Of a DNA stretch of 61,763 nucleotides, positions 43,565 through 51,992 are shown in pieces. The notes below the pieces were generated by a model, which saw only the letters and a program-made list of their open reading frames with translations, made no database searches and was not told where the DNA came from. Source of the stretch: an uncultured Planctomycetales bacterium (GTDB lineage Bacteria > Omnitrophota > Gorgyraeia > Aquiviventales > Aquiviventaceae); NCBI GenBank assembly GCA_964372775.1, contig CAYJRJ010000002.1:1-61763 (forward strand), given 5' to 3'. Position 1 is the first letter of the stretch. Every line of letters begins with the position of its first letter. The translations under genes and the position numbers were made by a program.

Positions 43565-43855
43565 ATGCCGACGTACGAATACCAGTGTCAGAAGTGCAAA
43601 AAACGCCACGAGGCGTTTCAGTCCATCACCGCGCGGTCGCTGACCAAATGCCCCACGTGCGGCGGCCGGCTCAAGCGGGGGCTTGGCAGCGGCTCAGGCT
43701 TTCTGTTTAAGGGCGGCGGCTTCTACATCACCGACTATCGGAGCAAAAAGTATCTCGACGCCAAGAAGAAAGATCAACCGAGTGCCTCCAAACCCTCCTC
43801 CGCATCATCCGGCAGCGGGGGAACCTCAAGCTCCTCCGGCAGCGCTGCGAATTAG
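43565..43855 (+). CDS. FmdB-family zinc-ribbon protein
   Basis: MPTYEYQCQKCKKRHE...KCPTCGG is the TIGR02605-type CxxC...CxxC ribbon. Confidence 0.85.
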   Translation: MPTYEYQCQKCKKRHEAFQSITARSLTKCPTCGGRLKRGLGSGSGFLFKGGGFYITDYRSKKYLDAKKKDQPSASKPSSASSGSGGTSSSSGSAAN

Positions 43856-43892
43856 CTCACGCTCGTCGTTCCCGCGTCGCTGGTGGACCCTC

Positions 43893-44222
43893 GTGGGCGC
43901 CTACGCCGCGCTGGTGCTGGCACTCTCGGTGCTCCCCGGCGATGTGGGGCCCAAGATCCCTCACCTTGACAAGGTGCTGCATCTTTGCGAGTATGCTCTC
44001 TTCGCGTGGTTGTTGACCCGGGCCATCCGCGCTACCGCAAGCCCCCCGCACGCGAGCTCCTACGTCCTTTGGGCCTGGCTGTATGCCACGAGCTACGGGT
44101 TATTGATGGAGGTCATTCAGCGTCTGGTGCCGTGGCGCTCGGCTGACCTGATGGACGCCGTCATGAATACGCTGGGAGCGGCGCTCGGCGCGAGAATCGG
44201 CAGAAAAGGGCGAAGACGATGA
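43893..44222 (+). CDS. VanZ-like membrane protein
   Basis: DKVLHLCEYALFAWLL and SADLMDAVMNTLGAALG are VanZ-like. The start is uncertain. GTG 43893 was chosen to avoid overlap with the FmdB gene. Confidence 0.6.
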   Translation: MGAYAALVLALSVLPGDVGPKIPHLDKVLHLCEYALFAWLLTRAIRATASPPHASSYVLWAWLYATSYGLLMEVIQRLVPWRSADLMDAVMNTLGAALGARIGRKGRRR

Positions 44223-44345
44223 AGCACCAAATTCCAAATCCCAAATTCCAAATAAATTCCAAGCGCCAAGCACCAAACGCACGGTGTTTGAAATTTGGAA
44301 CTTGGTGCTTGTTTGGTGCTTTGGATTTGGTGCTTGGAATTTGAA
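44222..44345. repeat. long heptamer-periodic hairpin (TTCCAAA/CACCAAG family), 'empty' copy
   Basis: aagcacc aaattcc aaatccc aaattcc aaataaattcc aagcgcc aagcacc aaacgc -acgg- tgtttga aatttgg aacttgg tgcttgt ttggtgc tttggat ttggtgc ttggaat ttgaa. Confidence 0.85.
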
Positions 44346-44361
44346 CGTAGAGTATCTCAAC

Positions 44362-45003
44362 ATGTCAAAGAGATGGCAGCTGCTGGTCACGGAATTTACG
44401 CATCATCTGCCCTATACGATCGTCGGATCGCTCATCGCGATGGCGGCGGTCTGGTGGTATGGCACACAGCAATTGAGCCGCGGTGATTCGGCGGTGTTGT
44501 TCGAGCAGTCCCGCTCCGCCTTTCACCTGTTTCACCCCCTGCACATCTGCCTGAGCGCGATTGCGACCACCTCGCTCTTCTGGCGCCATGAGCGCCACGT
44601 TGTGCGCGGCATCGTCGTCGGAGCGCTGGGCACGATCATCCCGTGCGGGCTGAGCGATTACGTCTTCCCCTATATCGGGGGGCTGCTCATGGGCCAACCG
44701 ATGGATCTGCATGTCTGCATCGTGGATCATCCGCAGCTCTTCTTTCCGTTCCTGGCGCTCGGCATCATCGGCGGTTTCTGGGCCGAGGAGCGGCTGACCG
44801 GCAGCCACCTGTTCTCCCACGGCGCGCACGTGTTCGTCAGTAGCGCGGCGTCGCTGTTGTATCTCATCTCTTTCGGGTTTACGAGTTGGATGTCGGATGT
44901 GCGGCTGGTGTTTCCGGCGTTTCTGATCATCGTGCTCGCCGTGTGGATCCCCTGCTGTGTCAGCGACATCGTCGTCCCGACGGCGGCCGCGCACTCCCAT
45001 TGA
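44362..45003 (+). CDS. polytopic membrane protein with conserved His/Cys positions, family not recognised
   Basis: About 6 hydrophobic helices. HHLPYT, HPLHICLS, CGLSD, HVCIVDHP and CCVSD hint at metal binding. Confidence 0.5.
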   Translation: MSKRWQLLVTEFTHHLPYTIVGSLIAMAAVWWYGTQQLSRGDSAVLFEQSRSAFHLFHPLHICLSAIATTSLFWRHERHVVRGIVVGALGTIIPCGLSDYVFPYIGGLLMGQPMDLHVCIVDHPQLFFPFLALGIIGGFWAEERLTGSHLFSHGAHVFVSSAASLLYLISFGFTSWMSDVRLVFPAFLIIVLAVWIPCCVSDIVVPTAAAHSH

Positions 45004-46226
45004 TGGTCGCCATCGCGCCCTTTGCGGCGCTGCGGTATGACGCGCAGCGGATCCCCAACCTCAGTGACGTGCTCTCGCCCCCCTACGACGTGATCGGCGC
45101 GCAGGAACAGGAGCGGCTCTACGAGGCGTCTCCCTACAACGTGGTGCGGCTGATCCTGGGCAAGCAGTACTCGAACGATACCCCTCAGGAACACTGGTAC
45201 CGCCGCGCGCAGCGCGACTTCCAGGCGTGGTGTGATAACCGCATCCTCGCCCGCGACCCCTCGCCCGCCCTCTACCTGATCGAGCAGGCTTTCGATGATC
45301 ATGGCCAGGCCCGCTCGCGCCTCGGGTTCCTCGCGGCGTTGCAGCTTGACGAAGCGGTCATGCGGGTGGTGCTGCGCCATGAGGCGACGCTGGTTGCTCC
45401 CAAGGAAGACCGTACGCGGTTGCTCGAGGCCATCCCGGCGAACCTCGAGCCGATCTTTTGCGTCTACCCGGACGCCGGCCGCAACATCCAGCATGTGCTG
45501 GAAGACTACCGCTCGCGTGTGCGTCCTGCGGTCTCGGCCGTGTTTCAGGGCGGCCCGCTTCGACTCTGGCCGATCACCGAAGCCGGCACCATTGACGCCA
45601 TCGCCAAGCGGTTGGCCCCATCAACCGTGCTGATCGCCGACGGCCACCACCGGTTTGAGGTGGCCTGCGCCAATCGATCCAAGCACGGCACCCTGATGAC
45701 CTATTTCGTCTCGATGGAGGATCCCGCCCTGCTGCTGCAGCCGATCCACCGCGTCATTGCAGGGCAAGTCCCGATGGATCCGCAAACCCTGCGCACCCTG
45801 TGCCGCTTGGAACCCGCGTCCAGTCTGGAGGACGTGCTGGGGTGGCTCGAGCGCGACACCGGCCAGGGGCGTTTCGGCTACTACGACGGGGCTGCGCTCT
45901 ACCGGGTGGTTGTGCAGGAGACGGCGCTGGCCCGGTGGCTGATGACCCCTTCGGTGCCGCAGCCGTTAGCGGCCTTGGACGTCTCCATTCTGCACGGGCT
46001 CCTCTGCCCGCAGGCGGGTCTCAACGCAACCGAAGTCCGCTACACGGCGGATCCTATCCGGGCGATGGATGAGGTGAAGGGCGGCCAGGGCCGCGCGGCC
46101 TGGCTGCTGCGGGCGATCCCGTTGACCCAAGTCTACGCGCTGGCGGCTCAAGGGCTGCGACTGCCGCCTAAGTCCACCTACTTTTATCCCAAGGTCCCCT
46201 CCGGGCTGGCGATCAATCTCTTTTGA
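45003..46226 (+). CDS. DUF1015 family protein
   Basis: The N-terminal signature I.PF.ALRY...........PPYDVI is present (VAIAPFAALRYDAQRIPNLSDVLSPPYDVI), followed by ADGHHR. Confidence 0.8.
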   Translation: MVAIAPFAALRYDAQRIPNLSDVLSPPYDVIGAQEQERLYEASPYNVVRLILGKQYSNDTPQEHWYRRAQRDFQAWCDNRILARDPSPALYLIEQAFDDHGQARSRLGFLAALQLDEAVMRVVLRHEATLVAPKEDRTRLLEAIPANLEPIFCVYPDAGRNIQHVLEDYRSRVRPAVSAVFQGGPLRLWPITEAGTIDAIAKRLAPSTVLIADGHHRFEVACANRSKHGTLMTYFVSMEDPALLLQPIHRVIAGQVPMDPQTLRTLCRLEPASSLEDVLGWLERDTGQGRFGYYDGAALYRVVVQETALARWLMTPSVPQPLAALDVSILHGLLCPQAGLNATEVRYTADPIRAMDEVKGGQGRAAWLLRAIPLTQVYALAAQGLRLPPKSTYFYPKVPSGLAINLF

Positions 46227-46264
46227 CGATCTGCCTTAGCCTGTGTTAGCATAATTGTCTCCCA

Positions 46265-47155
46265 ATGAAGCTCTTCCATCGGCATCCATCCACGACGGCG
46301 CGCAAGTCCAAGCGGGAAATCCCGGCTGGGCTGTGGACGAAGTGCGAGTCGTGCGGCCAGCTCCTCTATAACAAGGCGCTCGAGGAGAACCTGCGCGTCT
46401 GCCCCAAGTGCGACTTCCATTTTCCCCTCACCGCGCCCCAGCGCATCGCCCTGACGCTCGATGAAGACACCTTCGAAGAGTGGGATGCGGACCTCTCCTC
46501 GGTGGACCCGTTGCAGTTTGGCGTCCCGCGGCCCTACGCCGAGAAAATCCGCGAGGAGCAGCGCGCCTGCGGCCTGACGGATGCCTGCATCACCGGCCGG
46601 GGGATGCTCCAGGGTCATCCGGTGGTGATCGGGGTCACCGATTCCCGGTTCATGATGGGCTCCATGGGTTCGGTGGTGGGTGAGAAGCTCACCCGGGCCA
46701 TCGAGCGCGCCGTCGAGCTGCACCTGCCGCTGATCATCATCTCCGGCTCAGGCGGCGGGGCCAGAATGCAAGAAGGGGTCTTAAGCCTCATGCAGATGGC
46801 GAAGACCTCTGCGGCGCTCAAGCGCCTGGATGTGCAGGGCGGCCTGTTCATCTCAGTGCTCACGCATCCGACGATGGCGGGGGTGCTGGCGAGCTTCGCC
46901 ACGCTGGGCGATCTGATCATCGCCGAGCCTAAGGCGTTGATCGGCTTCACGGGTCCTCGCGTCATCGAGCAGACCATCCGCCAGAAGCTGCCTGAAGGCT
47001 TTCAGCGATCCGAGTTTCTGCTGGACCACGGTCTCATCGACCTGATCGTGCTCCGGCGTGAGATGAAGGCGACCCTCGCGCGGCTCCTGGAGCTGTGTGC
47101 GAGGGGTGCGACCCTCAGGTCCGACCGCCTGGCGCTCCAATCTTGGGGCTCGTGA
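46265..47155 (+). CDS. accD: acetyl-CoA carboxylase carboxyltransferase beta subunit
   Basis: Zn ribbon CESCGQ...CPKCDFH, followed by a carboxyltransferase domain (GSMGSVVGEK). Confidence 0.93.
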   Translation: MKLFHRHPSTTARKSKREIPAGLWTKCESCGQLLYNKALEENLRVCPKCDFHFPLTAPQRIALTLDEDTFEEWDADLSSVDPLQFGVPRPYAEKIREEQRACGLTDACITGRGMLQGHPVVIGVTDSRFMMGSMGSVVGEKLTRAIERAVELHLPLIIISGSGGGARMQEGVLSLMQMAKTSAALKRLDVQGGLFISVLTHPTMAGVLASFATLGDLIIAEPKALIGFTGPRVIEQTIRQKLPEGFQRSEFLLDHGLIDLIVLRREMKATLARLLELCARGATLRSDRLALQSWGS

Positions 47156-47168
47156 CCCTTCCAACCGC

Positions 47169-48272
47169 ATGGCACAGGTCAGTCTGCGCAACGTCACGAA
47201 GGTCTACGACGGCGGTGTCGTTGCAGTCAAGGAAGCCAACCTCAACGTCGAGAGCCGTGAGTTTTTGGTCATCGTCGGCCCCTCCGGCTGCGGCAAATCG
47301 ACGCTGTTGCGCATGATCGCCGGTCTCGAAGAGGCCAGCGACGGCCAGATCTGGATCGGCGGCAAGCTGGTGAATAACGTCCCTCCGAAAGACCGTGACA
47401 TCGCGATGGTGTTCCAGAACTACGCGCTCTATCCCCACATGAGCGTGTTTGACAACATGGCCTTCGGGTTGCGCCTGCGGGGCTACGGCAAGCGGGAGAT
47501 CGAGCAGCGCGTCAAGGAGGCCGCCGGCATCCTCGGCATCGAGCCGCTCGTCGGCCGCAAGCCGAAGGAGCTCTCGGGCGGCGAGCGCCAGCGGGTCGCG
47601 GTGGGCCGCGCCATCGTGCGCAAGCCGCTGGTCTTTCTCTTCGATGAGCCGCTCTCCAACCTCGATGCCAAGATGCGCGTGCAGATGCGCACCGAAATCC
47701 GTAAGCTGCACTTGAAGCTGCAGACGACGATGGTCTACGTGACGCACGATCAGACCGAAGCGATGACGATGGGCGACCGTATCGTCGTCATGAACAAAGC
47801 CGTGGTCCAGCAGGCCGCCGACCCGCTGACGATCTACGAGCATCCGGCCAACCGCTTCGTCGCCAGCTTCATCGGCTCGCCGCCCATGAACTTCATCAAG
47901 GGCCGGATTATGCGCGTGGGGGAAGGGCTCTACTTCACGGAAGGCACGCTCCGGCTGCGGGTCGTCGATGAGATGGCCGCGCGGGTCTCTCCGTATGAAG
48001 GCAAACCGGTGGTCTTCGGCATTCGCCCCGAAGATCTCTACGACAAACTCTTCATCACCGATGCGCCCGGCGACTGCATCGTCACCTCCACCGTTGAGCT
48101 GGTCGAGCCGCTCGGGGCGGAGGTGTATCTCCACCTGAAGGCGGGGCCGCACGCGGTGATCGCGCGTGTGGGTCCGCACGACCGGCCCGAGGTGAACCAG
48201 GACATCGACCTCGTCTTCGACATGGGCAAGGCCCACTTCTTCGACAACGATTCCGAGACCGCGATCGCGTGA
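47169..48272 (+). CDS. carbohydrate-type ABC transporter ATP-binding protein (MalK/UgpC/MsmX-like)
   Basis: Walker A GPSGCGKST, LSGGERQRVA, Walker B FLFDEPLSNLD and a C-terminal TOBE-like domain are present. No permease or binding protein is adjacent. Confidence 0.9.
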   Translation: MAQVSLRNVTKVYDGGVVAVKEANLNVESREFLVIVGPSGCGKSTLLRMIAGLEEASDGQIWIGGKLVNNVPPKDRDIAMVFQNYALYPHMSVFDNMAFGLRLRGYGKREIEQRVKEAAGILGIEPLVGRKPKELSGGERQRVAVGRAIVRKPLVFLFDEPLSNLDAKMRVQMRTEIRKLHLKLQTTMVYVTHDQTEAMTMGDRIVVMNKAVVQQAADPLTIYEHPANRFVASFIGSPPMNFIKGRIMRVGEGLYFTEGTLRLRVVDEMAARVSPYEGKPVVFGIRPEDLYDKLFITDAPGDCIVTSTVELVEPLGAEVYLHLKAGPHAVIARVGPHDRPEVNQDIDLVFDMGKAHFFDNDSETAIA

Positions 48273-49735
48273 TGCCCCCCACCCCGCCGCCCCATCGCTT
48301 CATCCGGTTGACGGTTGCCCTGGGCAGCGTCGGACTGTGCGCGCTGCTGGTCGCCTCCGTGTCGCGGCCGGCGCAGTTGCCGGTCGGTGTGTCCCATACC
48401 CTCAGCGTGCTGGTGATCACGTTGGTCGTCTACGCGTGGGGACTCTTCTCTACCGCCGGCAGCGTGTTCCTGGGTGTCGTCGCGCTGCTCTGTCAGGGCT
48501 GGGCGTGGGCCGCTAGCGGCACGTCCGCGCTGGGCATCGACATCGCAGCACTCCTGGCACTCTTGGCCATCGCCGCCAGCCATCAGCGACGGCAGCTGCG
48601 GCGGCTGCGCCGCATGCAGCAGTTGCTGGATGATGTGGAGGAGGAGCAAACGGTCAAGCATCAGGCCATCACGGTCGCGCAGCAGACCCGCGGCGCCCTG
48701 CAGAAGAAACTGGCCCGCTACACTCAGCTGCAGGCGATCGCCGATGAGCTGAGCAGCCTCACCGATCTGACGGCTATCACCCAGCTGGCGGTGGAGCGGG
48801 CGTTTTCACTGATCGGCAAGTCCGATGTGTGTCTCTTATTCCTCATCGATCAGGAGCGCCAGGAGCTCTCCCTCTTCGCCTCCAAGAAGCGCGAACCGGT
48901 CGCGACCATCCGGGCCAAGCACGGGGATCAATTCGACCGCTACGTGCTGCGGACCCACCGGCCGCTGCTGGTCAACGACGTCCGGAGGGATTTTCGTTTC
49001 ACCGTGCCGATGTCGTCGGAGCGCACGGTCACTTCGGTGATCGCCTGTCCCGTCTTCATCGGCCAGACCCCCGAAGGGGTGCTGCGGCTTGACAGCGCGC
49101 AGGCTGGCGCCTACACACAGGACGACCTGCGCTTCCTCGACATTCTCTTGGATTTGGTCTCCACGGCGGTGACCAACGCCCGCCTGTTCGCGCAGACGCA
49201 GCAACTGGCGATGACCGACGGCCTGACCGGCCTGACGCTGCGCCGGCCGTTTCTCGAGCAGCTCACCCGAGAGGTCGCGCGCGCCGGCCGCAGCCGCGAG
49301 CCGGTGTCGGTGGTCATGCTCGACGTCGACCATTTCAAGGCCTATAACGACACCTTCGGGCATTCGGCAGGAGATCTCGTGCTCAAGTCCGTCGCCGAGA
49401 TGCTGCGCGAAGCCGCACCCCCCGGTGCGGTGATGGCCCGCTACGGAGGAGAAGAGTTTGCCGTGCTGCTACCGCGAATCGCACGCCCGCAAGCGGGTGA
49501 GATCGCGGAGCGCATCCGGCATCTGGTGGAGCGCGGTACCCAGGGCGGCAGCCATCCGATGGGGCGGGTCTCGGACGCCGCCGGGCCGGAGGCGCAGGGG
49601 GGTGCGGTGACCGCGTCGCTGGGGGTGGCCACATTCCCTGACGATGCGCAGGCGGACATGGAGCTGCTGCGCATTGCGGATGAGCGGCTCTACGCGGCGA
49701 AGCACGCCGGGCGCAACCTGGTGATGTCTGTGTAA
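48269..49735 (+). CDS. membrane-anchored GAF-GGDEF diguanylate cyclase
   Basis: N-terminal TM helices, a central GAF-like region, and GGDEF with an intact RYGGEEF site. Confidence 0.85.
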   Translation: MMPPTPPPHRFIRLTVALGSVGLCALLVASVSRPAQLPVGVSHTLSVLVITLVVYAWGLFSTAGSVFLGVVALLCQGWAWAASGTSALGIDIAALLALLAIAASHQRRQLRRLRRMQQLLDDVEEEQTVKHQAITVAQQTRGALQKKLARYTQLQAIADELSSLTDLTAITQLAVERAFSLIGKSDVCLLFLIDQERQELSLFASKKREPVATIRAKHGDQFDRYVLRTHRPLLVNDVRRDFRFTVPMSSERTVTSVIACPVFIGQTPEGVLRLDSAQAGAYTQDDLRFLDILLDLVSTAVTNARLFAQTQQLAMTDGLTGLTLRRPFLEQLTREVARAGRSREPVSVVMLDVDHFKAYNDTFGHSAGDLVLKSVAEMLREAAPPGAVMARYGGEEFAVLLPRIARPQAGEIAERIRHLVERGTQGGSHPMGRVSDAAGPEAQGGAVTASLGVATFPDDAQADMELLRIADERLYAAKHAGRNLVMSV

Positions 49736-49746
49736 CAGCACCATGA

Positions 49747-49820
49747 GAATTCGGAGTTCGGAATTCGGAATGCGGAATACCCGGATGGCCATTCAGCATT
49801 CCGCACTCCGCATTCCGCAC
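49747..49820. repeat. heptamer-periodic hairpin (CGGAATK/CGGAGTT family)
   Basis: gaattcgg agttcgg aattcgg aatgcgg aat ... attcagc attccgc actccgc attccgc ac. Confidence 0.85.
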
Positions 49821-49837
49821 TGCAGGCAGTCATTGGT

Positions 49838-51133
49838 ATGTTAGTGGTCATCGGATGTTGGGTGCTGGCGATGTGCGCGGGGCTGTTGTGGTCCCGCTGG
49901 TGGACCGGCGTGTGCACGGCCATCGCCGCTGCTGCGTTTGTCGCACTCCAAGGCTCGAGCCTGGCGCACTGGAGCGGCTGGGCCACATTGGCCAGCATGC
50001 TGCTGGGCCCCTGGCTGCTGGCCGCGCAGCAGGAGCGCCATGAGCAATTCCTGAAGGGCCTCCATGTCGAGGAGGCGAAGCGCATGACCCGCCTCTCGGA
50101 GTCCACGCGCTCCCTCCTGGCGCTGCAGCAGTCGCTCCAGGATCTCGAGGCCCAGATCGCGTCGATCACCGATGTGTACCACGTGACCAAGGCGACGGCC
50201 AAGGCGCTACGTCTCTCGGAGCTCTTCAGCGGATCGCTCGATATCGCCCCGCGGTTTCTCGACGCCAGAGGCTTGCGGCTCATTGATCTCTCCCAGGAGG
50301 CGCCGCACGCCTTCCGCGCGTCGAAGGCCGCCGATGGGCGCATGGTGGCCGCCCAGGAAGAGCCGGTGCTCAACGAGGTGGAGCACTCGGTCGTGGAGCA
50401 GCTGCGCTCCGCCGCGAGCCGGCCCTCGAATGGCGCGGCGCACATGCTCTCCTGCGCCGTCGAAGGGCTCTCGCACGTGGCGTGGGCGCCGCTGTGGCGC
50501 GAGCAGCAACCGATCGGGGTGCTGGTGGCGGACGAGCTGCCCGAGGGGCAGTTGAAGATGCTGGCCATGATCGCCAATCAGCTCTCGCTGCAGCTCTCCC
50601 GCATCCGGTTGTATGAGAAGGTGGAAGCACTTGCGGTGACGGATGCGCTCACCGGACTCTCCGTACGCCGGCACTTCATGGAGCGGGCCGAGGAGGAGCT
50701 CAAGCGGTCGCAGCGCCATGAGCTGCCATGCACGATGCTCATGGTGGATCTGGACCGCTTTAAGGAGAAGAACGATACCTACGGGCACCTTGTGGGCGAT
50801 GTCGTGCTGAGGGATGTGGCGCGCTTGCTCAAACGGAATCTGCGCGACATCGACCTGATCGCGCGCTTCGGCGGGGAAGAGATCATCATGCTGCTGATTG
50901 AGACTGGTTTGGAGCAGGCGATTCCCATCGCCCAGCGGTTCAAGCAGCTCGTCGAAGTCCACCCGATCCGCGCGTACGACGAGCTGCTGATGCAAACCGT
51001 GAGCATCGGCCTGGCGGGTTTCCCGGATGACGGCGGGACACTGCACGCACTCATCGAGCGCGCCGACAAGGCGCTCTATGCGGCCAAACGCGCGGGGCGC
51101 AATCAAGTTGTGCGATGGACGACGGCATGTTAG
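49838..51133 (+). CDS. membrane-anchored sensor GGDEF diguanylate cyclase
   Basis: N-terminal TM helices, a coiled-coil/GAF-like middle region, and GGDEF with RFGGEEI. Confidence 0.85.
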   Translation: MLVVIGCWVLAMCAGLLWSRWWTGVCTAIAAAAFVALQGSSLAHWSGWATLASMLLGPWLLAAQQERHEQFLKGLHVEEAKRMTRLSESTRSLLALQQSLQDLEAQIASITDVYHVTKATAKALRLSELFSGSLDIAPRFLDARGLRLIDLSQEAPHAFRASKAADGRMVAAQEEPVLNEVEHSVVEQLRSAASRPSNGAAHMLSCAVEGLSHVAWAPLWREQQPIGVLVADELPEGQLKMLAMIANQLSLQLSRIRLYEKVEALAVTDALTGLSVRRHFMERAEEELKRSQRHELPCTMLMVDLDRFKEKNDTYGHLVGDVVLRDVARLLKRNLRDIDLIARFGGEEIIMLLIETGLEQAIPIAQRFKQLVEVHPIRAYDELLMQTVSIGLAGFPDDGGTLHALIERADKALYAAKRAGRNQVVRWTTAC

Positions 51134-51159
51134 GCTGGAATGGTTGAGGTGACGCGATG

Positions 51160-51307
51160 ATCCCACCCCCTGCGCCGCCCCGCCTGCGGCGGGGCCGAAT
51201 GCACGAGAGGCAAGCGAGCCCTTTAGGAATGACGAGTACGGCCGCATTCGTCACGGCGGCTGCGTGTGATCACCTCATCTGCCGCCGTGTGGCGCAGGGG
51301 GTGGGAT
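51160..51307. repeat. 148-nt TIR element (same family as 25115-25262) overlapping the tal start codon
   Basis: atcccaccccctgcgcc pairs perfectly with ggcgcagggggtgggat over 17 bp. Internal hairpins are gccccgcc-tgc-ggcggggc and cacggcggc...gccgccgtg. The tal ATG (51306) lies in the right end of the 3' TIR (its A and T are the last two element bases). Confidence 0.85.
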
Positions 51308-51980
51308 GAAACTCTTTTTGGACTCGGCGAATCTCAAGGAAATCCGCGAGGCGGTGAGTTGGGGAGCCATAGATGGGGTGACGACCAATCCGAGTCTCGT
51401 GGCGAAGGAGCAGCAAGACTTTTTCGACCTGCTCAAAGAAATCTGTGAGACGGTCAACGGCCCCGTCAGTATGGAAACGACCTCGCGCGATGCGCAGGTC
51501 ATGATCGAGGAGGGGCGGGTGTTCGCTAAGCTGCACCCGAACATCGTCGTCAAATGCCCGCTCACGAAGGATGGACTCAAGGCGACCCGCCAGCTGGCGC
51601 AGGAAAAGATCCGCGTCAACGTGACCCTCTGTTTCTCCGCCAGCCAGGCGCTGCTGGCCGCCAAGGCGGGCGCCTATTTCGTCTCGCCCTTTGTGGGCCG
51701 CCTCGATGACATCAGCGCCGACGGCATGGGGCTCATCCGCGACATCAAGACGATCTACGCCAACTATCGGTTTTCGACGCAGATTTTGGTCGCCAGCGTG
51801 CGCCATCCGATGCACGTGGTCGAGGCCGCGCGCATCGGCGCCGACATTGCGACGATGCCCTTTAGCGTCCTCGAGGCGCTCGTCAAGCACCCCCTGACGG
51901 ACAGCGGCCTTGAACGGTTCCTCAAAGATTGGGAACAGCTGCCGTCGCAGGTCGTTTCCGCCGCAACGAGTCGACGGTAA
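51306..51980 (+). CDS. tal: transaldolase / fructose-6-phosphate aldolase (short, type 3B)
   Basis: [13 protein letters not shown]....[11 protein letters not shown] and the Schiff-base Lys region VVKCPLT are present. Length is 224 aa. Confidence 0.92.
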   Translation: MKLFLDSANLKEIREAVSWGAIDGVTTNPSLVAKEQQDFFDLLKEICETVNGPVSMETTSRDAQVMIEEGRVFAKLHPNIVVKCPLTKDGLKATRQLAQEKIRVNVTLCFSASQALLAAKAGAYFVSPFVGRLDDISADGMGLIRDIKTIYANYRFSTQILVASVRHPMHVVEAARIGADIATMPFSVLEALVKHPLTDSGLERFLKDWEQLPSQVVSAATSRR

Positions 51981-51992
51981 CACGGTGGTGGT

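Noticed and set aside
43683-43892. The VanZ ORF extends upstream and overlaps the FmdB gene.
   Set aside because: The extension is a Pro/Ala/Arg-rich alternative frame of the FmdB C-terminus. VanZ-like sequence begins near GTG 43893.
47115-48236. A 373-aa ORF lies antisense to the ABC ATPase. Similar long antisense ORFs occur at 10288-11355, 17993-18940, 18600-19538, 20963-22054, 23243-24238, 25673-26653, 36153-37274, 54678-55826 and 57644-58651.
   Set aside because: Each lies fully within a + strand gene with strong family motifs. Their composition (Arg, His, Asp, Leu, Gly, Ala, Pro) is typical of GC-rich antisense frames.
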